From assembly GCF_054482525.1 (NCBI RefSeq), contig NZ_CM137006.1: a DNA stretch of 64,000 nt, one strand, 5' to 3'. Shown here piece after piece: positions 1 through 12,083 of the stretch. The position numbers were made by a program, and so were the translations under genes. The notes beneath the pieces were generated by a model. The model made no database searches, had not been told where the DNA came from, and was given only the letters and a program-made list of their open reading frames with translations. How positions within the stretch are numbered: position 1 is the stretch's first letter; each line of letters starts with the position of its first letter.

Positions 1-1
1 C

Positions 2-202
2 ATGCTGGATGACGATTCCACGTTACAAAAAGCCCGTACGAAATTCCTTCAGGCTTACGAAGGCAACATGATGGTGCGTGGCGAAGGTGATGATGTCTGG
101 TATCAACGGCTCTGGCGGCAATTAACACCAGAGACAATGGAGGCCATCGTTGAACAGTCGCAACGTTTCCTGTTACCGCTGTTTCGCTTTAATCAGTCAT
201 GA
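2..202 (+). CDS. recC: RecBCD exonuclease V subunit RecC, C-terminal fragment (5' end outside window)
   Basis: ORF runs in from the window edge; followed by ptrA-recB-recD as in E. coli; C-terminal sequence recognised. Confidence 0.8.
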   Translation: MLDDDSTLQKARTKFLQAYEGNMMVRGEGDDVWYQRLWRQLTPETMEAIVEQSQRFLLPLFRFNQS

Positions 203-377
203 GTGCTGTATAAAAATTGCGCAATATATCTGCTTGCTTTATGATGCGCACCAGTCACGGACTGATGGATATATAGACATAGGCTGACTCGTGCAGCACA
301 AGATTAAATTCTGGCAGATGATTTGCGTTAACCTGTTGAATCTGGCCAGAAAATAAAGTTGATTATGAGGTCCGTGA

Positions 378-3266
378 ATGCCCCGCAGCACTTGGTTCAA
401 AGCATTATTGTTGTTTGTTGCCCTTTGGGCACCCTTAAGTCAGGCAGAAACGGGATGGCAGCCGATTCAGGAAACCATCCGTAAAAGTGATAAAGATAAC
501 CGCCAGTATCAGGCTATACGTCTGGATAACGGTATGGTGGTCTTGCTGGTTTCTGATCCGCAGGCGGTTAAATCGCTCTCGGCGCTGGTGGTGCCCGTTG
601 GGTCGCTGGAAGATCCTGAGGCGTACCAGGGGCTGGCACATTACCTTGAACATATGAGTCTGATGGGGTCGAAAAAGTACCCGCAGGCTGACAGTCTGGC
701 CGAATATCTCAAAATGCACGGCGGGAGTCACAATGCCAGCACGGCACCGTATCGCACGGCTTTCTATCTGGAAGTTGAGAACGACGCCTTGCCCGGTGCG
801 GTAGACCGCCTGGCGGACGCTATTGCAGAACCCTTGCTCGACAAGAAATACGCCGAACGTGAGCGTAATGCAGTGAATGCCGAATTAACCATGGCGCGTA
901 CGCGTGATGGGATGCGCATGGCACAGGTCAGTGCAGAAACCATTAACCCGGCACATCCCGGTTCAAAGTTTTCTGGTGGTAACCTCGAAACTTTAAGCGA
1001 CAAACCCGGAAATCCGGTGCAGCAGGCGCTGAAAGATTTTCACGAGAAATATTACTCTGCCAATCTGATGAAGGCGGTTATTTACAGCATTAAACCGTTG
1101 CCGGAGTTGGCAAAAATGGCGGCGGACACCTTTGGTCGCGTGCCGAACAAAGAGAGCAAAAAACCGGAAATCACCGTGCCGGTAGTCACCGACGCGCAAA
1201 AGGGCATTATCATTCATTACGTCCCGGCGCTGCCGCGTAAAGTTCTGCGCGTTGAGTTTCGCATCGATAACAATTCAGCGAAGTTCCGTAGTAAAACGGA
1301 TGAATTGATTACCTATCTGATCGGTAATCGCAGCCCAGGTACACTTTCTGACTGGCTGCAAAAGCAGGGATTAGTTGAGGGCATTAGCGCCAATTCCGAT
1401 CCTATCGTCAACGGCAACAGCGGCGTATTAGCGATCTCTGCGTCTTTAACCGATAAAGGTCTGGCGAATCGCGATCAGGTTGTGGCGGCCATTTTTAGCT
1501 ACCTCAATCTGTTACGCGAAAAAGGGATTGATAAACAATACTTCGATGAACTGGCGAATGTGCTGGATATCGACTTTCGTTATCCGTCAATCACCCGTGA
1601 TATGGATTACGTCGAATGGCTGGCAGATACCATGATTCGCGTTCCTGTTGAGCATACGCTGGATGCAGTCAATATTGCCGATCGGTACGACGCTAAAGCA
1701 GTAAAAGAACGCCTGGCGATGATGACGCCGCAGAATGCGCGTATCTGGTATATCAGCCCGAAAGAGCCGCACAACAAAACGGCTTACTTTGTCGATGCGC
1801 CGTATCAGGTCGATAAAATTAGCGCACAAACTTTCGCTGACTGGCAGAAAAAAGCCGCCGACATTGCGCTCTCTTTGCCAGAGCTTAACCCCTATATTCC
1901 TGACGATTTCTCGCTGATTAAGTCAGAGAAGAAATATGACCATCCAGAGCTTATTGTTGATGAGTCGAATCTGCGTGTGGTCTATGCGCCAAGCCGTTAT
2001 TTTTCCAGCGAACCCAAAGCTGATGTCAGCCTGATTTTGCGTAATCCGAAAGCCATGGATAGCGCCCGCAATCAGGTGATGTTTGCGCTCAATGATTATC
2101 TCGCAGGGCTGGCGCTTGATCAGTTAAGCAACCAGGCGTCGGTTGGTGGCATAAGTTTTTCCACCAACGCTAACAACGGCCTTATGGTTAATGCCAATGG
2201 TTACACCCAGCGCCTGCCGCAGCTGTTCCAGGCATTGCTCGAGGGGTACTTTAGCTATACCGCTACGGAAGATCAGCTTGAGCAGGCGAAGTCCTGGTAT
2301 AACCAGATGATGGATTCCGCAGAAAAGGGCAAAGCGTTCGAGCAGGCGATTATGCCCGCGCAGATGCTCTCGCAAGTGCCGTACTTCTCGCGAGATGAAC
2401 GGCGCAAAATTTTGCCTTCAATCACTTTGAAAGAGGTGCTGGCCTATCGCGACGCCTTAAAATCAGGGGCTCGACCAGAGTTTATGGTTATTGGCAACAT
2501 GACCGAAGCCCAGGCAACAACGCTGGCACGCGATGTGCAAAAACAGTTGGGCGCTGATGGTTCGGAGTGGTGTCGTAACAAAGATGTCGTGGTCGATAAA
2601 AAACAATCTGTCATCTTTGAAAAAGCCGGTAACAGCACCGACTCCGCACTGGCAGCGGTATTTGTACCGACTGGCTACGATGAATACACCAGCTCAGCCT
2701 ATAGCTCTCTGTTGGGGCAGATCGTACAGCCGTGGTTCTACAATCAGTTGCGTACCGAAGAACAGTTGGGCTATGCCGTGTTTGCGTTTCCAATGAGCGT
2801 GGGGCGTCAGTGGGGCATGGGCTTCCTGTTGCAAAGCAATGATAAACAGCCTTCATTCTTGTGGGAGCGTTACAAGGCGTTTTTCCCAACCGCAGAGGCA
2901 AAATTGCGGACGATGAAGCCAGAAGAGTTTGCGCAAATCCAGCAGGCGGTAATAACCCAGATGCTGCAGGCACCGCAAACGCTCGGCGAAGAAGCATCGA
3001 AGTTAAGTAAAGATTTCGATCGCGGCAATATGCGCTTCGATTCGCGTGATAAAATCGTGGCCCAGATAAAACTGCTGACGCCGCAAAAACTTGCTGATTT
3101 CTTCCATCAGGCGGTGGTCGAGCCGCAAGGCATGGCTATTCTGTCGCAGATTTCCGGCAGCCAGAACGGGAAAGCCGAATATGTGCATCCTGAAGGCTGG
3201 AAAGTGTGGGAGAACGTCAGCGCGTTGCAGCAAACAATGCCCCTGATGAGTGAAAAGAATGAGTGA
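378..3266 (+). CDS. ptrA: Protease III (pitrilysin), periplasmic zinc metalloprotease
   Basis: 962 aa ORF; N-terminal signal peptide; HxxEH inverted zinc motif (HYLEH); position between recC and recB. Confidence 0.95.
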   Translation: MPRSTWFKALLLFVALWAPLSQAETGWQPIQETIRKSDKDNRQYQAIRLDNGMVVLLVSDPQAVKSLSALVVPVGSLEDPEAYQGLAHYLEHMSLMGSKKYPQADSLAEYLKMHGGSHNASTAPYRTAFYLEVENDALPGAVDRLADAIAEPLLDKKYAERERNAVNAELTMARTRDGMRMAQVSAETINPAHPGSKFSGGNLETLSDKPGNPVQQALKDFHEKYYSANLMKAVIYSIKPLPELAKMAADTFGRVPNKESKKPEITVPVVTDAQKGIIIHYVPALPRKVLRVEFRIDNNSAKFRSKTDELITYLIGNRSPGTLSDWLQKQGLVEGISANSDPIVNGNSGVLAISASLTDKGLANRDQVVAAIFSYLNLLREKGIDKQYFDELANVLDIDFRYPSITRDMDYVEWLADTMIRVPVEHTLDAVNIADRYDAKAVKERLAMMTPQNARIWYISPKEPHNKTAYFVDAPYQVDKISAQTFADWQKKAADIALSLPELNPYIPDDFSLIKSEKKYDHPELIVDESNLRVVYAPSRYFSSEPKADVSLILRNPKAMDSARNQVMFALNDYLAGLALDQLSNQASVGGISFSTNANNGLMVNANGYTQRLPQLFQALLEGYFSYTATEDQLEQAKSWYNQMMDSAEKGKAFEQAIMPAQMLSQVPYFSRDERRKILPSITLKEVLAYRDALKSGARPEFMVIGNMTEAQATTLARDVQKQLGADGSEWCRNKDVVVDKKQSVIFEKAGNSTDSALAAVFVPTGYDEYTSSAYSSLLGQIVQPWFYNQLRTEEQLGYAVFAFPMSVGRQWGMGFLLQSNDKQPSFLWERYKAFFPTAEAKLRTMKPEEFAQIQQAVITQMLQAPQTLGEEASKLSKDFDRGNMRFDSRDKIVAQIKLLTPQKLADFFHQAVVEPQGMAILSQISGSQNGKAEYVHPEGWKVWENVSALQQTMPLMSEKNE

Positions 3267-6200
3267 TGTCGCCGAGACATTAGATCCTTTGCGCTTGCCC
3301 TTACAGGGCGAGCGCCTGATTGAAGCCTCTGCCGGCACAGGCAAAACCTTTACGATTGCGGCGCTCTATTTGCGCCTGTTACTTGGACTAGGCGGTTCTG
3401 CCGCCTTTCCCCGCCCGCTGACCGTTGAAGAACTGCTGGTGGTCACCTTTACCGAGGCTGCCACGGCAGAATTGCGCGGTCGTATCCGTAGCAATATCCA
3501 CGAGTTGCGCATCGCCTGTCTGCGTGAAACCACCGACAATCCACTGTACGAACGCCTACTGGAAGAGATCGACGATAAAGCGCAAGCCGCGCAGTGGTTG
3601 TTGTTAGCCGAACGGCAGATGGATGAAGCGGCAGTCTTTACTATTCACGGTTTTTGCCAGCGCATGCTCAACCTGAATGCCTTTGAATCCGGCATGCTGT
3701 TTGAGCAGCAGCTGATTGAAGATGAGTCTCTGCTACGCTACCAGGCCTGCGCCGATTTCTGGCGTCGCTACTGCTACCCGCTGCCGCGTGAAATTGCCCA
3801 GGTCGTCTTTGAAACCTGGAAAGGACCGCAGGCGTTGCTGCGCGATATTAATCGTTATCTGCAAGGCGAAGCGCCGGTTATCAAAGCGCCGCCGCCCGAT
3901 GATGAAACGCTGGCTTCCCGCCACGCGCAAATTGTGGCGCGTATTGATACGGTAAAACAGCAGTGGCGCGACGCGGTGGGTGAACTGGATGCGCTGATCG
4001 AATCTTCTGGTATTGATCGACGCAAGTTTAACCGTAGCAATCAGGCTAAATGGATCGAGAAGATCAGCGCCTGGGCAGAAGAAGAGACCAACAGTTATCA
4101 GTTGCCAGAGTCGCTGGAAAAATTCTCTCAGCGTTTCTTAGAAGATCGCACGAAAGCCGGGGGGGAAACCCCGCGACATCCACTGTTTGAGGCGATCGAT
4201 CAACTGCTTGCAGAACCATTGTCGATCCGCGATCTGGTGATCACCCGCGCATTGGCTGAGATCCGCGAAACAGTAGCGCGTGAAAAACGCCGCCGTGGCG
4301 AATTGGGTTTTGATGACATGTTAAGTCGGCTCGATTCCGCGCTGCGTAGCGAAAGCGGCGAGGTGTTGGCAGCGGCGATCCGTACGCGATTCCCGGTGGC
4401 AATGATCGATGAATTTCAGGATACCGACCCCCAGCAGTACCGAATTTTTCGCCGTATCTGGCACCATCAGCCGGAAACCGCATTGTTGCTGATTGGCGAC
4501 CCGAAACAGGCCATTTATGCATTCCGGGGTGCGGATATCTTCACTTATATGAAGGCGCGTAGCGAAGTTCACGCCCACTACACTTTAGACACCAACTGGC
4601 GTTCCGCACCAGGAATGGTGAATAGTGTGAACAAGCTTTTCAGTCAGACTGATGACGCGTTCATGTTTCGCGAAATTCCTTTTATTCCAGTGAAATCAGC
4701 CGGGAAAAATCAGGCGTTACGTTTTGTCTTTAAAGGTGAAACGCAGCCTGCGATGAAAATGTGGCTGATGGAAGGCGAAAGCTGCGGCGTTGGCGACTAT
4801 CAAAGTACCATGGCGCAGGTATGTGCTGCGCAAATCCGCGACTGGCTACAAGCCGGACAGCGGGGCGAAGCGTTGCTGATGAACGGCGACGACGCGCGTC
4901 CGGTGCGTGCTTCGGACATCAGTGTGCTGGTGCGCAGCCGCCAGGAGGCCGCCCAGGTGCGCGACGCCTTAACGTTGCTGGAAATCCCTTCCGTTTACCT
5001 TTCGAACCGCGACAGTGTTTTTGAAACTCTGGAAGCGCAGGAAATGCTTTGGTTGTTGCAGGCGGTGATGACGCCCGAACGTGAGAACACCCTGCGTAGT
5101 GCGCTGGCAACGTCAATGATGGGGCTGAACGCGCTGGATATCGAAACGCTGAACAATGACGAACATGCGTGGGATGCGGTAGTCGAAGAGTTCGATGGTT
5201 ATCGGCAAATCTGGCGCAAACGTGGCGTTATGCCGATGCTGCGGGCGCTGATGTCGGCGCGTAACATTGCTGAAAACTTGCTGGCAACGGCAGGCGGTGA
5301 GCGGCGTCTTACCGATATCTTGCATATCAGCGAACTGCTACAAGAAGCCGGAACGCAGCTGGAAAGTGAACATGCGCTGGTACGCTGGTTATCGCAACAT
5401 ATCCTCGAGCCAGACAGTAATGCCTCCAGCCAACAAATGCGCCTCGAAAGTGATAAACATCTGGTGCAGATTGTCACGATCCATAAATCAAAAGGGCTGG
5501 AATATCCGCTGGTCTGGTTGCCATTTATTACCAATTTCCGCGTCCAGGATCAGGCGTTCTATCACGATCGCCACTCGTTTGAGGCTGTTCTGGATCTTAA
5601 TGCTGCGCCAGAAAGTGTCGATCTCGCGGAGGCCGAACGTCTGGCGGAAGATCTGCGTTTGCTTTACGTGGCGCTGACACGTTCGGTTTGGCATTGCAGT
5701 CTCGGCGTTGCACCGCTGGTGCGCCGTCGTGGCGATAAAAAAGGTGACACCGACGTCCACCAAAGTGCGCTCGGGCGTTTGCTGCAAAAAGGGGAACCGC
5801 AAGATGCGGCAGGGCTTCGCACCTGTATTGAAGCGTTATGCGATGATGATATTGCCTGGCAAACGGCACAAACGGGTGATAACCAGCCCTGGCAGGTTAA
5901 TGATGCTTTAACTGCAGAACTGAATGCGAGGACGCTACAACGATTGCCCGGCGATAACTGGCGTGTCACCAGCTACTCCGGTTTGCAGCAGCGTGGTCAC
6001 GGTATCGCTCAGGATCTGATGCCACGGCTGGATGTTGATGCCGCAGGCGTGGTCAGCGTCGTTGAAGAACCGACGTTAACACCGCATCAGTTCCCGCGCG
6101 GTGCGTCACCAGGGACATTCTTGCACAGTTTGTTTGAAGACCTCGATTTTACCCAGCCGGTTGACCCGAACTGGGTACAGGAAAAACTGGAACTCGGCGG

Positions 6201-6801
6201 CTTTGAATCGCAGTGGGAACCGGTGTTGACCGAGTGGATCACGGCTGTCCTCCAGGCACCTCTCAATGAAACGGGTGTTAGCCTGAGTCAGCTTTCCGAC
6301 CGCGATAAACAGGTGGAGATGGAGTTTTACCTGCCGATTAGTGAACCGCTCATCGCCAGCCAGCTTGATGCACTAATTCGCCAGTTTGATCCGCTATCCG
6401 CTGGCTGCCCGCCGCTGGAGTTCATGCAGGTACGCGGCATGTTAAAAGGCTTTATCGACCTGGTATTCCGCCACGAAGGGCGTTATTACCTGCTCGACTA
6501 TAAATCCAACTGGCTGGGTGAAGACAGTTCGGCTTACACCCAACAGGCTATGGCAGCGGCGATGCAGGCACACCGCTATGATCTGCAATATCAGCTTTAT
6601 ACCCTGGCGCTGCATCGTTATCTGCGCCATCGCATTGCTGATTACGACTATGATCGTCACTTTGGCGGCGTTATCTATCTGTTCCTGCGTGGCGTTGATA
6701 AAGAACATCCGCAACAAGGGATTTACACAATCCGACCCAACGCCAGGTTGATTGACCTGATGGATGAGATGTTTGCCGGTATGACCCTGGAGGAGGCGTA
6801 A
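3259..6801 (+). CDS. recB: RecBCD helicase/nuclease subunit RecB
   Basis: 1180 aa from ATG at 3259 (ORF track extends 3 codons upstream from a GTG); Walker A AGTGKT; overlaps ptrA stop by 8 nt and recD start by 1 nt. Confidence 0.95.
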   Translation: MSDVAETLDPLRLPLQGERLIEASAGTGKTFTIAALYLRLLLGLGGSAAFPRPLTVEELLVVTFTEAATAELRGRIRSNIHELRIACLRETTDNPLYERLLEEIDDKAQAAQWLLLAERQMDEAAVFTIHGFCQRMLNLNAFESGMLFEQQLIEDESLLRYQACADFWRRYCYPLPREIAQVVFETWKGPQALLRDINRYLQGEAPVIKAPPPDDETLASRHAQIVARIDTVKQQWRDAVGELDALIESSGIDRRKFNRSNQAKWIEKISAWAEEETNSYQLPESLEKFSQRFLEDRTKAGGETPRHPLFEAIDQLLAEPLSIRDLVITRALAEIRETVAREKRRRGELGFDDMLSRLDSALRSESGEVLAAAIRTRFPVAMIDEFQDTDPQQYRIFRRIWHHQPETALLLIGDPKQAIYAFRGADIFTYMKARSEVHAHYTLDTNWRSAPGMVNSVNKLFSQTDDAFMFREIPFIPVKSAGKNQALRFVFKGETQPAMKMWLMEGESCGVGDYQSTMAQVCAAQIRDWLQAGQRGEALLMNGDDARPVRASDISVLVRSRQEAAQVRDALTLLEIPSVYLSNRDSVFETLEAQEMLWLLQAVMTPERENTLRSALATSMMGLNALDIETLNNDEHAWDAVVEEFDGYRQIWRKRGVMPMLRALMSARNIAENLLATAGGERRLTDILHISELLQEAGTQLESEHALVRWLSQHILEPDSNASSQQMRLESDKHLVQIVTIHKSKGLEYPLVWLPFITNFRVQDQAFYHDRHSFEAVLDLNAAPESVDLAEAERLAEDLRLLYVALTRSVWHCSLGVAPLVRRRGDKKGDTDVHQSALGRLLQKGEPQDAAGLRTCIEALCDDDIAWQTAQTGDNQPWQVNDALTAELNARTLQRLPGDNWRVTSYSGLQQRGHGIAQDLMPRLDVDAAGVVSVVEEPTLTPHQFPRGASPGTFLHSLFEDLDFTQPVDPNWVQEKLELGGFESQWEPVLTEWITAVLQAPLNETGVSLSQLSDRDKQVEMEFYLPISEPLIASQLDALIRQFDPLSAGCPPLEFMQVRGMLKGFIDLVFRHEGRYYLLDYKSNWLGEDSSAYTQQAMAAAMQAHRYDLQYQLYTLALHRYLRHRIADYDYDRHFGGVIYLFLRGVDKEHPQQGIYTIRPNARLIDLMDEMFAGMTLEEA

Positions 6802-8627
6802 TGAAATTGCAAAAGCAATTACTGGAAGCTGTGGAGCACAAACAGCTACGCCCGCTGGATGTGCAATTTGCCCTGACCGTGGCGGGAGATGAACATCCTG
6901 CCGTCACCCTCGCGGCGGCACTGTTAAGTCATGATGCCGGAGAGGGACACGTCTGTTTGCCGCTTTCACGACTGGAAAATAATGAGGTGTCGCATCCGCT
7001 GTTGGCGACCTGTGTCAGTGAAATCGGTGAGCTACAAAATTGGGAAGAATGCTTGCTGGCTTCACAAGCGGTCAGCCGGGGAGATGAACCAACGCCGATG
7101 ATCCTCTGTGGCGATCGTCTTTATTTGAATCGCATGTGGTGTAACGAGCGCACAGTGGCACGCTTTTTCAACGAAGTGAATCATGCCATTGAGGTTGATG
7201 AAGCTCTACTGGCGCAAACCCTGGACAAACTTTTTCCAGTAAGCGATGAAATTAACTGGCAAAAAGTTGCGGCGGCAGTGGCGCTGACGCGGCGGATCTC
7301 GGTGATTTCCGGCGGCCCTGGCACCGGTAAAACGACCACCGTAGCGAAGTTGCTGGCAGCGTTAATTCAAATGGCAGACGGCGAACGCTGCCGTATCCGT
7401 CTGGCTGCACCAACGGGTAAAGCTGCCGCGCGCTTAACCGAATCTCTCGGCAAGGCTTTGCGACAGTTACCGCTGACCGATGAACAAAAGAAACGCATTC
7501 CGGAAGATGCCAGCACTTTGCACCGATTGCTGGGTGCGCAGCCGGGTAGCCAGCGTTTACGTCATCATGCCGGTAACCCGCTGCATCTTGATGTGCTGGT
7601 GGTAGATGAAGCGTCAATGATCGATCTGCCTATGATGTCGAGACTGATCGACGCCTTGCCCGATCATGCGCGAGTGATCTTTCTCGGCGATCGTGATCAA
7701 CTGGCTTCGGTTGAGGCTGGGGCAGTGCTGGGCGATATCTGCGCTTATGCCAATGCCGGCTTTACCGCCGAGCGTGCCGGGCAGTTGAGCCGCCTGACGG
7801 GAACTCACGTTCCGGCAGGAACTGGCACAGAAGCGGCATCTTTGCGCGACAGTCTCTGCCTGCTGCAAAAAAGCTATCGTTTCGGCAGCGATTCTGGCAT
7901 TGGTCAGTTAGCTGCGGCGATCAACCGTGGTGATAAAACGGCAGTGAAAACCGTTTTTCAGCAGGATTTTTCTGATATCGAAAAACGGCTTTTACAGAGC
8001 GGCGAAGATTATATTGCGATGCTTGAGGAAGCTCTTGCGGGTTACGGACGTTATCTGGATCTGCTGCAAGCGCGTGCCGAGCCGGATTTAATCATTCAGG
8101 CGTTTAATGAGTACCAGCTTTTGTGCGCCCTGCGGGAAGGGCCGTTTGGCGTGGCCGGACTGAATGAGCGAATTGAGCAGTTTATGCAACAGAAGCGCAA
8201 AATTCATCGTCATCCGCACTCTCGTTGGTACGAAGGCCGACCGGTGATGATTGCCCGTAATGACAGCGCGCTTGGGTTGTTTAATGGCGATATCGGTATT
8301 GCGCTGGATCGCGGGCAGGGGACGCGCGTTTGGTTTGCGATGCCGGACGGCAATATTAAGTCTGTGCAACCGAGCCGCCTGCCGGAGCACGAAACGACGT
8401 GGGCGATGACGGTACATAAATCGCAGGGATCGGAGTTCGACCATGCGGCGTTGATTTTACCGAGCCAACGCACGCCGGTAGTAACGCGAGAGCTGGTTTA
8501 CACCGCGGTGACCCGCGCGCGTCGCCGTCTGTCGCTGTATGCCGATGAGCGCATATTAAGTGCGGCAATCGCCACGCGCACTGAGCGGCGCAGTGGTCTG
8601 GCGGCATTGTTTAGTTCGCGGGAATAA
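6801..8627 (+). CDS. recD: RecBCD helicase subunit RecD
   Basis: 608 aa; Walker [10 protein letters not shown]; start overlaps recB stop (TAATG). Confidence 0.95.
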   Translation: MKLQKQLLEAVEHKQLRPLDVQFALTVAGDEHPAVTLAAALLSHDAGEGHVCLPLSRLENNEVSHPLLATCVSEIGELQNWEECLLASQAVSRGDEPTPMILCGDRLYLNRMWCNERTVARFFNEVNHAIEVDEALLAQTLDKLFPVSDEINWQKVAAAVALTRRISVISGGPGTGKTTTVAKLLAALIQMADGERCRIRLAAPTGKAAARLTESLGKALRQLPLTDEQKKRIPEDASTLHRLLGAQPGSQRLRHHAGNPLHLDVLVVDEASMIDLPMMSRLIDALPDHARVIFLGDRDQLASVEAGAVLGDICAYANAGFTAERAGQLSRLTGTHVPAGTGTEAASLRDSLCLLQKSYRFGSDSGIGQLAAAINRGDKTAVKTVFQQDFSDIEKRLLQSGEDYIAMLEEALAGYGRYLDLLQARAEPDLIIQAFNEYQLLCALREGPFGVAGLNERIEQFMQQKRKIHRHPHSRWYEGRPVMIARNDSALGLFNGDIGIALDRGQGTRVWFAMPDGNIKSVQPSRLPEHETTWAMTVHKSQGSEFDHAALILPSQRTPVVTRELVYTAVTRARRRLSLYADERILSAAIATRTERRSGLAALFSSRE

Positions 8628-8635
8628 ACGTAATT

Positions 8636-8676
8636 GCCTGATGCGACGCACGAGTGTTACGCATGTCGCATCCGGC
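8636..8676. repeat. REP unit between convergent recD and argA
   Basis: GCCTGATGCGACGCACGAGTGTTACGCATGTCGCATCCGGC. Confidence 0.55.
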
Positions 8677-8688
8677 GATTTTCATCGC

Positions 8689-10020
8689 TTACCCCAAATC
8701 CGCCATCAGCACTTTGGATTTACGCTGGTAGTTGTACAACTGCTTTTTGCTCTCGGGCAGTAAATCAATATCCACTGGGGTAAATCCACGTTCCTGGAAC
8801 CAGTGAATACTGCGCGTGGTCAGCACAAACAATTTGCTTAAGCCGCTCTGCTTCGCCTGAGCGGCAATGCGTTCCAGCAGAACCTCGCCCCGTGATGAAC
8901 TGCGGTAATCCGGGTGAACTGCCACACAGGCCATTTCCCCAATCTTCTCTTCCGGGAACGGATAGAGCGCGGCGCAGGCAATAGTCGTGTTATCGCGCTG
9001 AATAATGGTGAATTTGTCGATTTCCATCTCCAGCTGCTCGCGAGAACGGCGTACCAGAATACCTTGCTGCTCCAGCGGGCGAATCAACTCCAGAATACCG
9101 CCAATATCGTTGATTGTTGCGCGACGAATCTGCTCGGCGCTTTCCATCACAATCTGCGTACCGATACCGTCGCGTGAGAACAACTCTTGCAACAGCGCGC
9201 CATCTTCCTGATAACTGATTAAATGACAGCGACGCACGCCGCTGCGGCAGGCTTTCACTGCGCCACGCAAAAAGCGCACCGTACCGGAGTTGTAATCACC
9301 TTTCTCTTCCTGGGCTTCTACCCGCGCTTGCGCTTCGTTAGGGAAAAGTTCGGAGACAATATCACCGTCGTCATTAGTGACGCCCTGGGAAGAGCAAAAA
9401 CCAATCATCTTTTCAGCTTTCAGTTTGATGGCCAGTTGAGTGGCAATCTCTTCCGAGGTCAGATTAAAGCTCTCGCCAGTGACTGAAACAGCGACCGGCC
9501 CCATTAGCACTATTGCACCGCTGTCCAGTTGACGATGGATCGCGTCTTCATCAATCCGCCGGATACGCCCGCTATGGCAGTAATCCACGCCGTCATCGAC
9601 GCCCAGCGGCTGGGCAATAATAAAATTGCCACTGACGACGTTGATATGTGCGCCCTGCAGCGGCGTGTTATTGAGACTCATCGACAGGCGAGCAGTAATA
9701 TCCAGTTGCAATGTTCCCGCAGCCTGCTTCACCAGTTCCAGTGTTTTGGCGTCGGTCACACGTATATTCTTGTGATACAGCGGTTCGTGGTGATGCGCAG
9801 CCAGATTTGCGTCGATCTGCGGACGTGCGCCATAGACCACCACCAGACGGATGCCGAGGCTGTGCAACAACCCGATATCATTAACGATACTGGAGAAATT
9901 CTCATGCTCAATGGCTTCACCGCCGAGCATGATGACAAACGTTTTTCCCCGGTGGGTATTGATATAGGGAACCGAATGGCGGAATCCCTCGACCAGCTCG
10001 GTTTTACGTTCCTTTACCAC
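8689..10020 (-). CDS. argA: N-acetylglutamate synthase (arginine biosynthesis)
   Basis: 443 aa counted from a GTG start ([11 protein letters not shown]...); ORF track shows a longer in-frame extension that is probably not translated; amino-acid kinase-like N-terminal region plus GNAT C-terminal region. Confidence 0.92.
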   Translation of the reverse strand: MVKERKTELVEGFRHSVPYINTHRGKTFVIMLGGEAIEHENFSSIVNDIGLLHSLGIRLVVVYGARPQIDANLAAHHHEPLYHKNIRVTDAKTLELVKQAAGTLQLDITARLSMSLNNTPLQGAHINVVSGNFIIAQPLGVDDGVDYCHSGRIRRIDEDAIHRQLDSGAIVLMGPVAVSVTGESFNLTSEEIATQLAIKLKAEKMIGFCSSQGVTNDDGDIVSELFPNEAQARVEAQEEKGDYNSGTVRFLRGAVKACRSGVRRCHLISYQEDGALLQELFSRDGIGTQIVMESAEQIRRATINDIGGILELIRPLEQQGILVRRSREQLEMEIDKFTIIQRDNTTIACAALYPFPEEKIGEMACVAVHPDYRSSSRGEVLLERIAAQAKQSGLSKLFVLTTRSIHWFQERGFTPVDIDLLPESKKQLYNYQRKSKVLMADLG

Positions 10021-10030
10021 GGCACACCCC

Positions 10031-10066
10031 TTTGCATGATTATTCGAAATTATTGTATTTTTATTC
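10031..10066 (-). promoter_or_regulatory. Putative ArgR operator (two ARG-box-like TGNAT...ATTC palindromes) just upstream of argA
   Basis: AT-rich palindromic sequence TGCATGATTATTCGAAATTATTGTAT resembling the ARG box consensus; read by eye. Confidence 0.3.
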
Positions 10067-10251
10067 TGTTTTTTCGCGGGGTGCAAGTGTAAATTTTATG
10101 CGAGAGCGACTTTTTTATCAGTAATGCCGTGAATATAAAAAGAATGTTTACCGTTTATTAGATGACAGATTATGCGTCTTTCGCTAAAGTTTCCGGTCAA
10201 ATTAGTCGTTTACTTGTTACACAGCTTAGATTTCTTTTACTCGGGAGAGGC

Positions 10252-11505
10252 ATGTCAGGATCCAACACTGCAATCAGCCGTCGTCGTTTACTGCAAGGCG
10301 CGGGTGCCATGTGGCTATTGAGCGTAAGTCAGGTCAGTCTGGCTGCGGTCAGCCAGGTCGTGGCGGTGCGCGTCTGGCCTGCGTCCAGCTACACCCGCGT
10401 GACGGTGGAATCAAATCGTCAGCTGAAATATAAGCAGTTCGCGTTGAGTAACCCGGAACGCGTGGTGGTGGATATCGAAGATGTAAACCTGAACTCGGTA
10501 CTCAAGGGGATGGCGGCACAAATTCGTGCAGACGACCCGTTCATCAAGTCGGCGCGCGTCGGGCAATTTGACCCGCAGACCGTACGCATGGTTTTTGAAT
10601 TAAAGCAAAACGTAAAACCGCAGCTGTTTGCCCTTGCGCCGGTCGCTGGGTTTAAAGAGCGTCTGGTGATGGACCTCTATCCGGCCAATGCACAGGATAT
10701 GCAGGACCCGCTGCTGGCGCTGCTGGAGGATTACAACAAAGGCGACCTCGAAAAGCAGGTGCCGCCAGCACAAAGTGGTCCACAACCGGGTAAAGCAGGG
10801 CGCGATCGTCCTATTGTCATTATGCTTGACCCTGGCCACGGTGGCGAAGACTCCGGTGCGGTGGGGAAATACAAAACGCGCGAAAAAGACGTGGTATTAC
10901 AAATAGCTCGCCGTCTGCGCTCTCTGATCGAGAAAGAGGGCAATATGAAGGTGTACATGACGCGCAATGAAGACATCTTCATTCCGTTGCAAGTGCGCGT
11001 AGCAAAAGCCCAGAAACAGCGTGCCGACCTGTTTGTCTCTATCCATGCCGACGCCTTTACCAGTCGCCAGCCGAGCGGTTCCTCAGTGTTTGCGCTCTCA
11101 ACCAAAGGCGCAACCAGTACTGCGGCAAAATATCTGGCACAAACCCAGAACGCCTCGGACTTGATTGGTGGCGTGAGCAAAAGCGGTGACCGCTATGTCG
11201 ACCACACCATGTTCGATATGGTGCAGTCGCTGACCATTGCCGACAGCCTGAAGTTTGGTAAAGCGGTGCTGAATAAGCTCGGTAAAATCAACAAGCTGCA
11301 TAAAAATCAGGTTGAACAGGCCGGGTTTGCCGTACTAAAGGCACCAGATATTCCCTCCATTCTGGTCGAAACGGCGTTTATCAGTAACGTTGAGGAAGAA
11401 CGTAAACTGAAAACGGCGACTTTCCAGCAGGAAGTTGCGGAGTCTATTCTTGCGGGGATTAAAGCGTATTTTGCCGATGGGGCGACGCTGGCGAGAAGGG
11501 GATGA
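10252..11505 (+). CDS. amiC: N-acetylmuramoyl-L-alanine amidase AmiC
   Basis: 417 aa from ATG at 10252 with GGGAGAGG Shine-Dalgarno; twin-arginine signal peptide ([11 protein letters not shown]); amidase_3 C-terminal domain. Confidence 0.9.
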
Positions 11506-11508
11506 TAA

Positions 11509-11536
11509 AAAGGCGCTGAATGGCGCTTTTTTTATG
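11509..11536 (+). terminator. Putative amiC terminator (A-run, GCGC stem, T7 run)
   Basis: aaaaaGGCGCtgaatgGCGCttttttt directly after amiC stop; stem is short. Confidence 0.4.
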
Positions 11537-11548
11537 GGAGACCAGAAA

Positions 11549-11571
11549 CAAAAAAACACCCGTTAGGGTGT
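11549..11571 (-). terminator. Putative terminator of the tRNA-fMet operon
   Basis: On the minus strand ACACCC-taac-GGGTGT hairpin followed by U7 run, immediately downstream of the last tRNA copy. Confidence 0.6.
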
Positions 11572-11579
11572 TCAATAAT

Positions 11580-11656
<77 letters not shown>

Positions 11657-11688
11657 TCACCGTACTGCTTTATTTCATCAAATTTGAT

Positions 11689-11765
<77 letters not shown>

Positions 11766-11798
11766 TCACCGTACTGCTTTACTTCATCAAATTTTAAT

Positions 11799-11875
<77 letters not shown>

Positions 11876-12083
11876 TCCGTGGATGCGCACTATACTCCGC
11901 TCGCGTTTTCATGCAACCTTTTTTTTACCCCGATCACGGATTCGGCATGATTTTGAACAAAAACAAATCACTAAAGCCTATTTTTTGTGCAAAATTTGCG
12001 TCAGGGAGAGGCTGCTCATTTCATTAAACGCGGCGGTTTGTTATCTTCGTTGCGCCTTATTTTTTAACCTGAAGAAGAGAACA

